A stretch of DNA of 64,000 nucleotides from Paragordius varius (taxonomy: Eukaryota; Animalia; Nematomorpha), in NCBI GenBank assembly GCA_964247055.1, contig OZ176054.1, positions 10,292,001 to 10,356,000 on the forward strand, in the 5' to 3' direction. Under the pieces are notes generated by a model. The model was not told the DNA's origin. It saw only the letters and a program-made list of their open reading frames with translations, and made no database searches. Positions 28,301 to 40,740 of the stretch are shown piece by piece (the first letter of the stretch is position 1; every line of letters starts with the position of its first letter). The translations under genes were made by a program, and so were the position numbers.

Positions 28301-29138
28301 AATAAAGAAGTTATCTATCTAAAATGAACCCACAATAGCAAAATTAAAAGCGGCACTAACGTCTAATAATTGGATTAAGCCCCTGGTTAAACCTTTTATC
28401 GCGATAAAACAAATTGAAGATACATATGGTTAATTATTTCTGGGAGATTGGCTAATAGTTCCGAGGACAAAGAGAAGCCACAAACTTTTAAGTACATACA
28501 TAGTGAACATTTGGGCATATTATGAAACTATTCGGTGAAAAAGGTTTATAAGCCCAAGTTAAACCAAGATCTCAAAAAATGGGTGTGTAAAACTGCGTCC
28601 AAATGTACCCCACCAATAGAATGCTAATATCACTGTCTAGGAACGGCTCCACCTAGATATCGCCAAGCCCATTGACAATTTATACTGGGTGGTACTAATT
28701 GATCATTGCACCCGCTGAGTGGAGGAGAGATGTCAGGAACGGTTAATATTAATATCCTAAAGTTTTTGAAAACATGTTTTTGCCGTTATGGTTACCCGAA
28801 AATGGTAATTACCTATAATGGCTCGCATTTCAAATCGGGGGAACTTGAGAAAACTCTATGGGGTTCTAATATTACACACGTAACCTCCAGTCGCTACCAC
28901 CTACTAACAAATGGGTTGGTAGAGGGAGTAATTTTGTACCTTAAAAAATCACTATTTACTGACTATTAATTCCCCGCCACGGAACAAAGATTGATTCAGA
29001 TTCTTTAGACCTACGGCAACAATTATGACAGTTCAACAAACGGAATTCCAGCGCATCTGTTTACAAAGTACAGAAAGCCCTTTATCATGGATGAAAGCCA
29101 AATGAGTTTATGGATATGCCCAACACTCCACAGGAGAA

Positions 29139-29176
<38 letters not shown>

Positions 29177-31030
29177 GAATAAATTGAGCACTAGAGAGGT
29201 GTGCAGCGTAACCCTCAATGGCAGTTATTCGCAAAAATGCTGACCAATTAAAGATCGCAAAGACTGTTCTGCCGAAGAAAGAAATGGAAGAAAGGAGAAG
29301 AATAAGAATGCCCAGCAATATCACTCAGCCTCACACCTCATCCGCAAATCAAGAAAAAGAGAATAGACCCACGGAGCATGAAATATAACCCCTGAAAACA
29401 TGGACAAGCACACCTAAATCTGGAGATTCAAGTGAGAATCCCCAACAGAAAAGTGAAGAGTTTCTTACTACAACTCATAGGTACCCGTCCGATTCCGATA
29501 ACCACCCGACAGATATCGAGCTTAAAGAAGAAGGTAGGTTAAAGGGTCAATAATCTTAGGACGTAAAAATAAAATGCTTTTGTCCATCCTAGGTTAAACC
29601 TATATATATATATATAAGAAGGAATTGTGGCATGCACAACACATATTAATTGTGTATATCATTTAATTTTAATTATTATACCTAGTAAATTAATATCATA
29701 TATAGAAATAACCAAAAAAATGCAATTTAATTTTTTTTTAAAAAGAGTCATAATGCGAATCATGAAGCTTGTATTTACAATTAAGGACCTTATGATAGGA
29801 CGGCTTCTGAACATACATTCGAATATCACCAAAAATTTACGATTCAAAGATACACTATTATAAAAATAAAATTTTTACCATTGCTAAATCCCATAACTGC
29901 ACCCCGGGCATTTAAATAAGCGGCCAATGATGTAGACCGTGTAACAAAAGGTCGACCGTCATAACGTTGTTCTTTGGGGACAGATTTTGCATTATTCATA
30001 CCGTAGGACTCACGAGCTTTCACGAAAACGAAATCTCTGTTGGTGTTGTGGGAATAAATAATGGTTAATGAATAAGAATATAAAATAAAAATTCGGTAAA
30101 AAAATCACATTTAGTCATTGGACTTAATAGAAAGGATGTAATAATAATATATAGGAAGAATTAGATGTTTTTGTGAGATATCGCTATAACAACTAGAAAA
30201 TTTAAACTAAATATGCAGCAAATATTGAAATTATAACCAACCGCGACTAATACAAATAATTTTTAAAGATTATGTTTAAAACCGTGATTACTATATAGCT
30301 AATCCTTTTAAATAGCAAAATAGGAAAGAAAGGTGTAAATTATTCGAAAATTCAATTATATATATATTTCATAATCGAAATTATATAGTTTATGAAGGCT
30401 AAATCAAGTTTAAGATGGTTGGTTGTCTTTAAAGAAAAACCTAAGTTTTTTAGTTTAATAGTTTATCAATTACATTTTATTATAAGCTAGTCTCTAAATA
30501 ACATATACAGAGAAAATAAAAAGCAAAAATGCAATAAGAAAAGGCTTTACTTGGAGGTCCAATTATAGCGTTCAGAGTCACACTCTATCAAATCATAAGG
30601 TGGTTCTCCATTCAAAATCCATTGAGCCAAATATTTACCCATCCCTCCTGCGTGAACTATGCCATACCTTACAATTTTGTGCACATAAAATAGGATAAAT
30701 TTAGTATAATATCACAAAGGTGAAAACTTTCTTTTTTTTCATTTTAATTGCTAGTTAATTTTTTGGTTTAGGTTCCATACATTTGCTTAAATAATTACGG
30801 TTTAAATGGTTCCGGTTCCAAAAAATTCAAAGATATATTACAATGTCAATAATAGGCAAGAAAATATCAATATATATATATATATATATAAGAGATATTA
30901 TGTTCAACTTTAAACGATTTTAATTTGAAAATTAGGGCCTTATTCAAAAATCCAAAAAGTGCAAAATGATCATCATGGTCCAATTAGTTTTTAGGCGTTG
31001 TTTTTTCTATTAAAACTCCAAAAGTAAAAA

Positions 31031-31094
<64 letters not shown>

Positions 31095-34000
31095 TACCCA
31101 GAACCAGCTGCTATCCAGAGACCTCGACCACCCCTGGGATGTGTTAATGGACCAACCAAGGGTAAAACATCAGGGGAATACATGATAGGTCCATGAACGC
31201 ACACTCTTATACCTAGCTCACGTAGGATGGGAAATCTATCCATAGCAAGTGTGAGGTGAGGCATTAATCGCTCAGTGTCAGGTTCAAAAAGTTCACGACC
31301 AAAATCTAATAAAATTATTTATTATAAAAAGTTTCACACATAAATTTATGTGAAAAATGCCTAAAAATGTGGTAAAAGTATCACATTTTTAATTCCATAC
31401 ATATTTAATTAAAATTAGAGTAATGGTTGAAATTTAATGCATTAAAATTAAAAACGATTAAAATGTCAACAAAAATTTAAGATATTAACAGAATTTTTGA
31501 ACCATCCATTATCATTAAAGTTAATCTAAATCTTATATTGGCATTTAAATTGAATATTTTCTTAAAACTATATAAAAAAATAGAGAAGCTATACTTTTAG
31601 GCACGCCTTGGTTTATCCATTTATCTAGAACGTGCATACTCTTTGACGATTCATACGGTCCAATAAGCAAACAATTTTTTTCCTGTCTTAAATAATAGGA
31701 ATCTATGTATACATAAATGGAATTAATTTAATGCTCCGCATAATGACAAAAAATTATCACATTATACCATAAAAAATTCATAATAATAATAATAAAAATT
31801 TGCTTGAAACTTTCCAAATCTCTCATAACGGCAATCTCAGTCAAATTATTCTGCTTTAAGGATTGAGATAATTCATCACTCGAATCCGTTATAAGGTATT
31901 GATGGCAAATAGGTACCAGAGGTGTATTGTTAATCCCGAACAAAGTATTGACTTCTGAGGCCCAGAGTCCTATATCGAGAAAAATATGGTTGGTTTATTT
32001 TATAAAATCTTTTTTGTTTTTAAAATTGTTTCTCAGAATTTTTGCAAAACATTCTTATTTACATTATAAGTACAATTATTTAGGATAAAACTATCTCATA
32101 TTTAAGTGCATAGCGCCTAAATCATATTCTTATAGCGTTGCGGTTTGAATTAGCACCGATTTGAAATTGGCGGTCATTAAACCCGGTTTCAAACCCAACA
32201 GTTACATAATAAATAATTTTTTTAAAAGGTAAACGATTTATATATTACCAAAAATATAAGTTAATTCGCTTAAAAAGTCATTTATAAGGTGTAGAGCAAC
32301 TTATAAATAGAATTTACCCAAAAAAACTAATTCTTATTTATGATAAATAAATATTAATTTTCCATTTATGTCATAATTTTCAAGGTTGACTAATACGATA
32401 AAAAATGAATTGCTATTTGGCCCTTTTTAGTTTAGGAATGAGAATGCTTTCTCAGATTATCTTTAAAATATCCAAATTATTTCTATGAAACTTGTAGGCT
32501 TCAGGTTATTTGGTTAAAGTTAAAGCACAATTTAATAAAAAACAAAAAAATTATCATCATTGAAAGGTTCAATTCGTTCTGCGTTATTAATAATTTCCAA
32601 TTTTCTTTTTTTTACAAAAAGGCTTTAACCGCATCTAACTATGTTAATATCACATCTTTAAAACACCAAAAAATATATAATTCAATACAATACAGTAAAA
32701 TGATGAACACAATGAAAGTAAGCCATTCTATGATAAATTTTTATTTAGTCAAACCATACTCTATGCATCGAAAAAACCCGATAGTTTCCTTTTTGAAAAT
32801 TTAGTAAATGATATGCTTGAGCTATTATAGCGATATTGCTGCTTAAATGAAACAAATGTAAGCTTTGAGATACTTTTTAAGCCAAGATGAAATTTCAAAC
32901 AAGCTAGGATAGAATATAGAGATAATCATAAAATCTTTTTTAATGGCTAACGAACGAAATTGCGCATGTAGAACATCCAAATAATGTCTTTTATTAATTC
33001 AATTAAAACTTTTAAGTTAAAACTATAAAATGCAAAGTTTTTGTGTGTAAAAAGAAAAATCACAACATACCGTTTACTTTTTATATCATAAAAAATTTGA
33101 GTTATATAATAAGATTATATATTAAAAATTCATATGAAGAATTTCTTAAACCCGATAGCAATTGATAGTTTAGTGTTGTTCAGTATGTAAAAATTATATT
33201 TGGTTTAATAATACATTTGAACAAAATAACTCAGAGAATTTGGCATGAATAGAGTTAGATGTTCATATAAAGAAATTTAAAAAGTATCTCATCATAAGAA
33301 TGCTATATTTAAAATTATTATAATTTCTAAAACATATGGATAAAATAATTATAAAACAAAGTGAAAAATTGTTAGATAAATGTTAAACGTATGCAAAGCA
33401 TATAATATAAAAAATATTTTAAATATAGTGATTTTTTGTTTAACTAGAAATTTCAGATTGCAATAAATATGCTTTACATGAATTAACCGTCAAAGACAAA
33501 TAATCATTATAAAAAACCAATAATTAAATAAATTTGCCATTTAACAGCCTTTGATAATATATTGGACAAATTAAAGTAGAATAGCCATAATTTAATAGCA
33601 ATATAGAATGAAACTATATTTGTATCCGCGTAAGTTCCATTTTCAAAACTAAAAAAACATATAATATGAGAGATTTAACAGTTAGTTGTTATCGACTTTT
33701 TAATTAGGGGTTACCAGTCTGAAATCGCGCGCTCTAAACCTTAACTTTAGGTGTGGATATAATTAAGATTAATAGTTACGTCGCTAATAGGGGAATATAA
33801 AAAATAAAAATAAATTTATTAAAATATCAAATTTTGCACAGAATCATCGTCAGAGTTATTTAAAAAAGTAAAACCAAATAAATTATTAACTAATTTATAT
33901 AATTTACAGTATGAGTAAGCATACATTGCTGGAAAGTTATTAATTATTGCCAAATAGCGTATACAACAAAGGGGGCAGTATTATTGGCTTATAATTATTT

Positions 34001-36068
34001 TTTAACTTTTTCTATTATTAGCCAATAATAATTCTCTTTGCTACATGTGCTATTTGGCAATTAATAGTTATGATTCTCGTAATGAATCAGACTTTGTTCT
34101 ATATAATTAAAGGTTACGATCAAGTGTTGCAAAATTTATAAGCATAGTTTAAACTTTTACTTAATGTTAAATCACAAATAAAAATAATTTTTTAGCCGAC
34201 GCATTAGTGATTGGTTCAAAAAAATTGTTAATAAAAAAGTATGAGATGTTTTTTTTCAGATTTCAGTAGATTTATCTTTGTAAAAATAAATCGGGTCGGG
34301 TTTTAATTGTTTTTTTAGTCGAATGATTCAAATTCGGTCGCCTTTTTTCCAACAATTTACAGACACACAATTAAAAAATGTGATTAGTGAAGCAAAAGCA
34401 TAAATAAATTAAAATATAAGAAATTTATCCAATGGATAATATAAATAAATACAAAAATTGCATACCGTTTTTGGTTTAAAAGGGTTTAAAAAAAGTCGTA
34501 CCAAACCTAATTTAAATATTTGCATATTACCTTATAGACTGTGATCTAAATTGTGGACTTATACGCTTGAGCAGTCATAAGAATGCCTATCTATTCAAAT
34601 ATAAACTCATAAAAATGATTTATTTTTATTTAAACTTTTTCCCGTTTGTCAAAATTTTACAAATATTCTAATTTGATTGAGGATTATGACTTCAAACTAT
34701 AGCTAAATTAACGGTCGAAACATTAGAAGGAATTTTAACATTTTTGATTTATCAAAATGTCGATAGTCATGTAAAAATCGTTTCTATAACAAGAAATGCG
34801 GCTGTATTAGAATAAAGTTAATTTTACTAAAAAGCATACTTTTTACCAAAGATATTATGGTAAATAAATTCAAATGTCCATATATGCAATTTTTTAATAA
34901 AAAACATCAATTAAAATTCATTTGTACTCATATAAATATTAATTATTAATACGGAAATATTTATTTTAATACCTGCACAATTTACTATATGTTTTGTTAC
35001 ATATTCACGATCAAACAATTCTAAACGACTATTTTTGGCATCAGTTGCTTTAATGCCTAAGCGCCAATTGTATCCGTCGAGTTTTTGATCAACTTTGTCA
35101 AACATGACATATTCCAATTGCGAATTCGTGTAAAGTGAAAACGTTTCAGGGCTTTGTTTCTTTGCATAACTTACAAAAAGTTGCGTTAAAGTATTTGGAT
35201 CTATATGACCATCATTTTCAGTTAAAAGTCCGGCATAAATCTAAGAATCGTATAATTTATAAAAAATTAAATCAAGAGAAAGCGGATAATAATATACTGA
35301 GAATAATTTTAAGTATTTTATATCAAGAATGTTAAAGGAGATATGTAAACCATAAAGAGCTTAATACCAAATACTTGCAGGGTTATAAAACCTATAATAA
35401 TGAATAAGTTTAAATATTAACATTTTCGGTATTTATAATGGGGCACATTTTGTGAATTTCATCCACACTGATAAGTCTTTGTTTTATGATAGAATCATCA
35501 ATCCAAATTTCCTGATTGGGTTTTGTCAAAGCTTTCGTTGCAAGCACGCAAGAATAATAACGATTCATTTGATATAACATTTCATTGTACCTTTTTAAAT
35601 ATCATTTTAAACAAATAAAAGTAATCTAAAAAAAATTATTAATGATGTGAGATATAAAAAATACCTTTCTTTAGTTGTAGCGATTCGTATACTATGAGGT
35701 TTATGGTATGCACTGATTACGCTTGGATCTATAAATAAAATATTGTGCAAAAAACCTTCAAAATTTTCAAACATATAATCATAACATTTCAAACTATCGT
35801 AATGAATTTTTTTCATGTTTATCCCAGGGTTAAAATAGGTTATCAATCCTGCCTAAAATATAAATAAAGGGTATTTTACAGCATGCCATGTTGATCCGGC
35901 AGTTAATTCTGTTTTTTCAAAAAGGGCACAATTTAATTCCGGCTTAATTTTGGTTAAATGATAAGCTAATGAAGCTCCAAAACATCCTCCGCCAATAATG
36001 GCCACATCTAATTTATGAACGAAACGTAGATTGGTGCAAGCACTGTAAAACTGAAAATTCCGTAACAT
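25316..36068 (-). CDS. DMGDH: Dimethylglycine dehydrogenase, mitochondrial (FAD-dependent, GcvT family), ~1004 aa
   Basis: 16 exons: 36068-35880, 35852-35756, 35728-35665, 35590-35422, 35240-34973, 31969-31811, 31702-31595, 31305-31098, 30667-30551, 30036-29879, 27722-27355, 27283-27150, 27061-26787, 26708-26551, 26051-25770, 25576-25316 (sum 3015 nt, ends TGA). Motifs: [41 protein letters not shown] (DMGDH-type rather than SARDH-type), [58 protein letters not shown]. Confidence 0.93.
28300..29540 (+). mobile_element. Degenerate Ty3/Gypsy LTR-retrotransposon integrase relic in a DMGDH intron (antisense to host)
   Basis: Frameshifted fragments: LIVP…HSEHLGI…[11 protein letters not shown] (HHCC region), [45 protein letters not shown]…[34 protein letters not shown]. 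Stops and frameshifts are present; no RT, RNase H or LTR seen. Confidence 0.85.
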
Positions 36069-36150
36069 GTGGTAAACCCATACGCAAACTGCAATGCACC
36101 TAAAACATTTGTTCCATATGGAAAATATATTATTATGTGTACAATGTTAA

Positions 36151-36535
36151 CACTTATTCACATTGGGGTATCTAAATACCCCAGATTAATATGAGTTAGG
36201 ATTTTTAAAAACTACTGTAGGAAACGGTACCGATTTAAGTTTATGCTTCTATTTTAATAAAAATTATAATATTCCAATCTAAATAAAATTTTATATTGAA
36301 AAAACAATTCCATGTCAAACTACTTCGACGCCATTTTTATTTTACAAAATTTTTGCAAAATATCGTCTTCTTTAAATTTTAAAGGTAAAATTAAAGCTAA
36401 TTTTTTATTTAAATTACATTTAACATATAAAAATAAAAAAAGCGGTTTATTTTTATTTTTCAATTTCACCGTTGCACACGTGGCACGTTGACTAAATTTT
36501 TACCTTTAAGTTTTAGCTTAGAATAAGTAATATTA
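36151..36535. mobile_element. Partial inverted copy of the TTAA-flanked element at 41643-42152
   Basis: Reverse complement of ~41822-42152 (e.g. GCACGTTGACTAAATTTTTACCTTT vs AAAGGTAAAAATTTAGTCAACGTGAC). Starts TTAA|CACTT. Confidence 0.75.
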
Positions 36536-39500
36536 ATTATTTTTGAATAAATATTTTTATATATTTCGGTTTATTAATGTTATATAAGTGCAATATTTTG
36601 CCATGGTATCGATTCCTTCCACATAAGTCAAGCGAGAAAATTTGATTTGGAGGTGATAAAATATCATATGATCAAGTAAAACTTAAAGATTTTGCAAGTA
36701 TGGTGTAGGTCACACTTGACAGATTTAAAAATATGGATAAAATTATTTTGGATTTATGTATAAAATTTAGGTTTTTTATGTAATTCAAACCTTTGTTATA
36801 TAAATTGTTAACCTGATATTTTGGCTAATTAACCTATTCATTGGGTGGATACAAAAGGGGTTAAATTTATAGAAAAACTCTGCTAATTAAGAACATGGCA
36901 TATAAAAATATGCTAAATATATCAATGAACGCAAAAAAAATTGATTATCGAAAATTTCTTAAAATTAATTAAATATAATCTTGTAAATTTTCAAATCGTT
37001 TTTTAAACGTTAAAGGTTACTTCACTATTAACTAATGTAAAGAATTTATTTCATCATAAATTTATTTCGAATGTAAGGTTGATAATTAATTAAAAATAAT
37101 AATATGTTCATTGTAATAAACATCATCCAATTATATTTGCAAATGGACTCCAAACACAATGAGTAGTGTGGTAAAATAATGCAAAGTGTTTTAAGGGCGA
37201 ATGGTTTCATCACTCTAAAAATTAATACTAGGCGCAATATTTAAAAAACTCTACAATATTAAATAAGATACATGCCAGTGAGTTTGAAAAACTTCAATAA
37301 ATGCATATCGTATCCTTATTTCATAAATTGCTGAAAATGGTCAAAATAATTTCCGTAAAATTCGAATTGGGTGGAAAAAATGTTACATTCCTAAGCAAAG
37401 ACTTGACTTAAGTGCTTTTTTTATCACCGATCTTCAAGTGTGCACTTGCTGGCTTAAGTAAACTTGCTCAACTTGCCACACTTGGCTTACAAGTCAAGTG
37501 CGACTTTTTTATCAGTCCACCCATTATATTCAATCCAGTCCAGTAAGAAAAAATTAATGTATATATAGAGAACATAACTCGCAAAAATTCCCTTTGCTTT
37601 TATTTTAAAGTTCCTTTATTTTAGACCTATTTATTATAAAGAGATGAGCAAATACTACAAAACTGTTGTTGTTTATTCCGCTTAGACGTCTAATATACAA
37701 ATAGATTAAATTTTAAACAATTAAATGTGGTTCGTCACCAGTTATCGGTGTTGTGCCTACGCTATAATAAAGGAAATGACCGTTTAATATTACAGAAAAT
37801 TTATTTTATTAAAGATATTATATATGAATTCGAAAACTTGATAATGTATTGGGAAATCGATACTCACCCTATTTTTAATAATTGGTTAATAATAACTGTA
37901 TCAACCATTCAATATTTAAAATATATACATTATATGTCGAAGCTTTTTTTGCTTAGTCCAATAATTTATCCAATCTTTAAATTTAAGTTTTACCAAAAAG
38001 GTAATAATTCCTCATTATTTTGCGCTATTTTATCATGCTTTAGCTATTTTCTTCCTCAAAATTTTATTGATAAAATTAGAAGATTATTTTTAATTATATA
38101 ATAAAAATTTTGGATGAAAAGCGTTCGAAAAATTAGGTACTAATTTGGAAACCTTTTCCAAATATCTGGCGACTGCAGAGCCATAAAAGTTTTAATGAAC
38201 TACCCAGGTTAAAGGTCCCAAATTTTGGGACCTATACTCATCGGTTCTGATTACTGTGCAGGAACGGTCTTGTTGCGGTTTCCTTTTTTTTCAACCTAGG
38301 TCGAAGTCCTGATATATTTATCAATTAATTTTTGTGTTATTCTGTGTTAAAGACTGAATACCGAATCTAATCATTTGCATATTAACTAATTTTCATATTT
38401 TATAAATATCCCTCCGTTTCTTATCATTGTCCTATTATAAATGCCGTTCCCCCGCTTTTATAATAGCTCATGTTTAGGAGTACGCAATGATATTAACAGC
38501 CCCACATTTCACATTTTTTGTAAAGTAATATGATTGTCGCATAAAATATTTTAAATTTTCTGACATCTCAAGGCTAAATTTTTCAATAAACAATATTTTA
38601 TTATGGATTATAGTTATTAAAATATTGTACATATGAAACAAAAATTAAAATATACATTAAAATCTCTCTTATTTGCTTTCAAGCGCCGCATTTAAGCAAT
38701 AGTTATTGTGTCTATTAATATACATTCAGTAAAAATCAAATTATCATCGACTAAAATTCCAACCGATCCCCCACCTCTTTTGAAATTAATTTCGCCCATA
38801 TACGCTTAAAGAATTCCCTATCTAAGTCATATATGTCACCGATTACACAAACTGAATTTAAAACAAACTTAAAATAAAATATATAAAATACATAGCAAAG
38901 TAGTATCGATATCCTATATACATTTATTGGATTTATCTAAGGTAGACCATAGTCATAAATATTTTTCTCCAAGCCAATTTCATGTAAAAATATTTAAACA
39001 TGTCCGTGTTAAACACTAAATATGTTTCGTACTCTGTTTAAATTTGAAAAAAACCTTGTATCAGAGGTCTTCAAAACGTTTTAATGTAAAATATCAAATT
39101 TTTTATGATTCACAGCTAAGCTTTAATAAATAAGCTCTTGATATTTACCTCATACTCATAGTAATTTATCCAATATGGCCATAAAAGATTTATTTTTTTG
39201 TATAGCGTTGTGGACACGGTTAAAAAACTGATATTACATAATTTGTTACATAAAATGTCTTTGATAAAATTTAAACATTGCTTATAAAGTATGCATTTAA
39301 CACCCAAAATGGATATGATTAATGAGTTAATATTACATAATATATAGTAAGTAATATTTATACAATAAATTGAATAACATGACCTTTGTCAGAAAGAGTG
39401 TTTACATAACGAAGAACCTCTCTAAAGAACGGCAATTTATAAATACATACACTTTCAATTAATTGCACCCGAAAACGACAGTTTGAGTCAAATTTTATTT

Positions 39501-40121
39501 ACATTGACACAAATCGTTATAAGATGGCAAATATTTGCAATTAATCATATATATTAAATAACTGGAGAATTTTAAAATATTGCAGTTATTTTTCGATTCT
39601 TCAAACATGTTTTTTTTCAATCACTATTTCACAGCTCTTGCTAATTCTTATTGGAATTTGGATTATTTTCCCGGAATATGGTAATATGTTCGGAATATTG
39701 CAATTTTTATGTTATACCTATCTTAATTTTCTACTTCACAAATAATATTCTGTTAAAATTTTGGATTATTTTTAATTTTTATCATCGTTTATCTGCCACA
39801 ATTTTTCTAATATAAAGTAGAGTAATAATTTTAGTGTTACGATGATTTAAATTTTAGCGAATTCAAAAAAATTGCAGAAAAAATTGATGTCGAATACTTT
39901 GATTCTAATACCTTTGTTTGCAATTGTATTTTGCCAACTATGACTTTATTTAACCACTATTTATTTAAATTTTATTATAAGGTATACTTTACTCTATATT
40001 AAAATTTCACTTTCTGCTATATGGCAAAATTAACTGTTGCGCAAATGGCTACATTCAAAAACATAAAATCAGTTATTTTTGTGAGTAAAACACCCTATAT
40101 ATATATATATTTTTAAACTTA

Positions 40122-40700
40122 ATGCCGATTGAATATCATGGTATACTTTTATATTATTATATTTAAAATTTGGGAAATATAAAACTTTAAATTTTGAGAT
40201 TATAATCAATTCATATATTATAATAATAATAATTTAAATTTCCTTTTTTTAGTCAAAATTTTTTGTGTGTCATGTATTAGAAATGTGTGGTAAATCATGG
40301 AATAGAATTAGTGTTCCTAATTGCACTCGAGAGGGACAATGGATTGTACAGGGTCAAAAATCAAAACCCGGTACTTGGCCGTGGCAGGTTTCGCCTAAAC
40401 AACACCTAAATTTATTAATAATTTTCTTAAATGATTCGGATATTATTTTAAAACCCCAAAAGAAAATCATAATATACTTATAAATAGAAAAATGAAACAG
40501 AAATTTGCCCAAAATTAGAATTTTGCACATTGTTTTTCTAAATTTTTTAAAAGTTGTAAGTACATATAATTGATATTAATTTTTTGAGTTTGACTGCGCT
40601 AATTATATATTTCAAATTATGTATTTAAAAGCTAATCAGAATTAAATTTATAAAAAATAAAAATTATATATTTATAAAATGTTACCTATAAAAAATCTAA

Positions 40701-40740
<40 letters not shown>

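Noticed and set aside
38188-38235. Spliced-leader RNA-like motif (TACCCAGGTTAAAG|GT followed by AAATTTTGG)
   Set aside because: The Sm-like motif is only a few nt from the putative donor and buried in a hairpin, unlike SL RNA architecture; the match is short in AT-rich DNA.
38230-38285. Hammerhead ribozyme-like CCGATGAG core on the minus strand
   Set aside because: No GAAA core segment follows the stem, and helices I and III cannot be formed.
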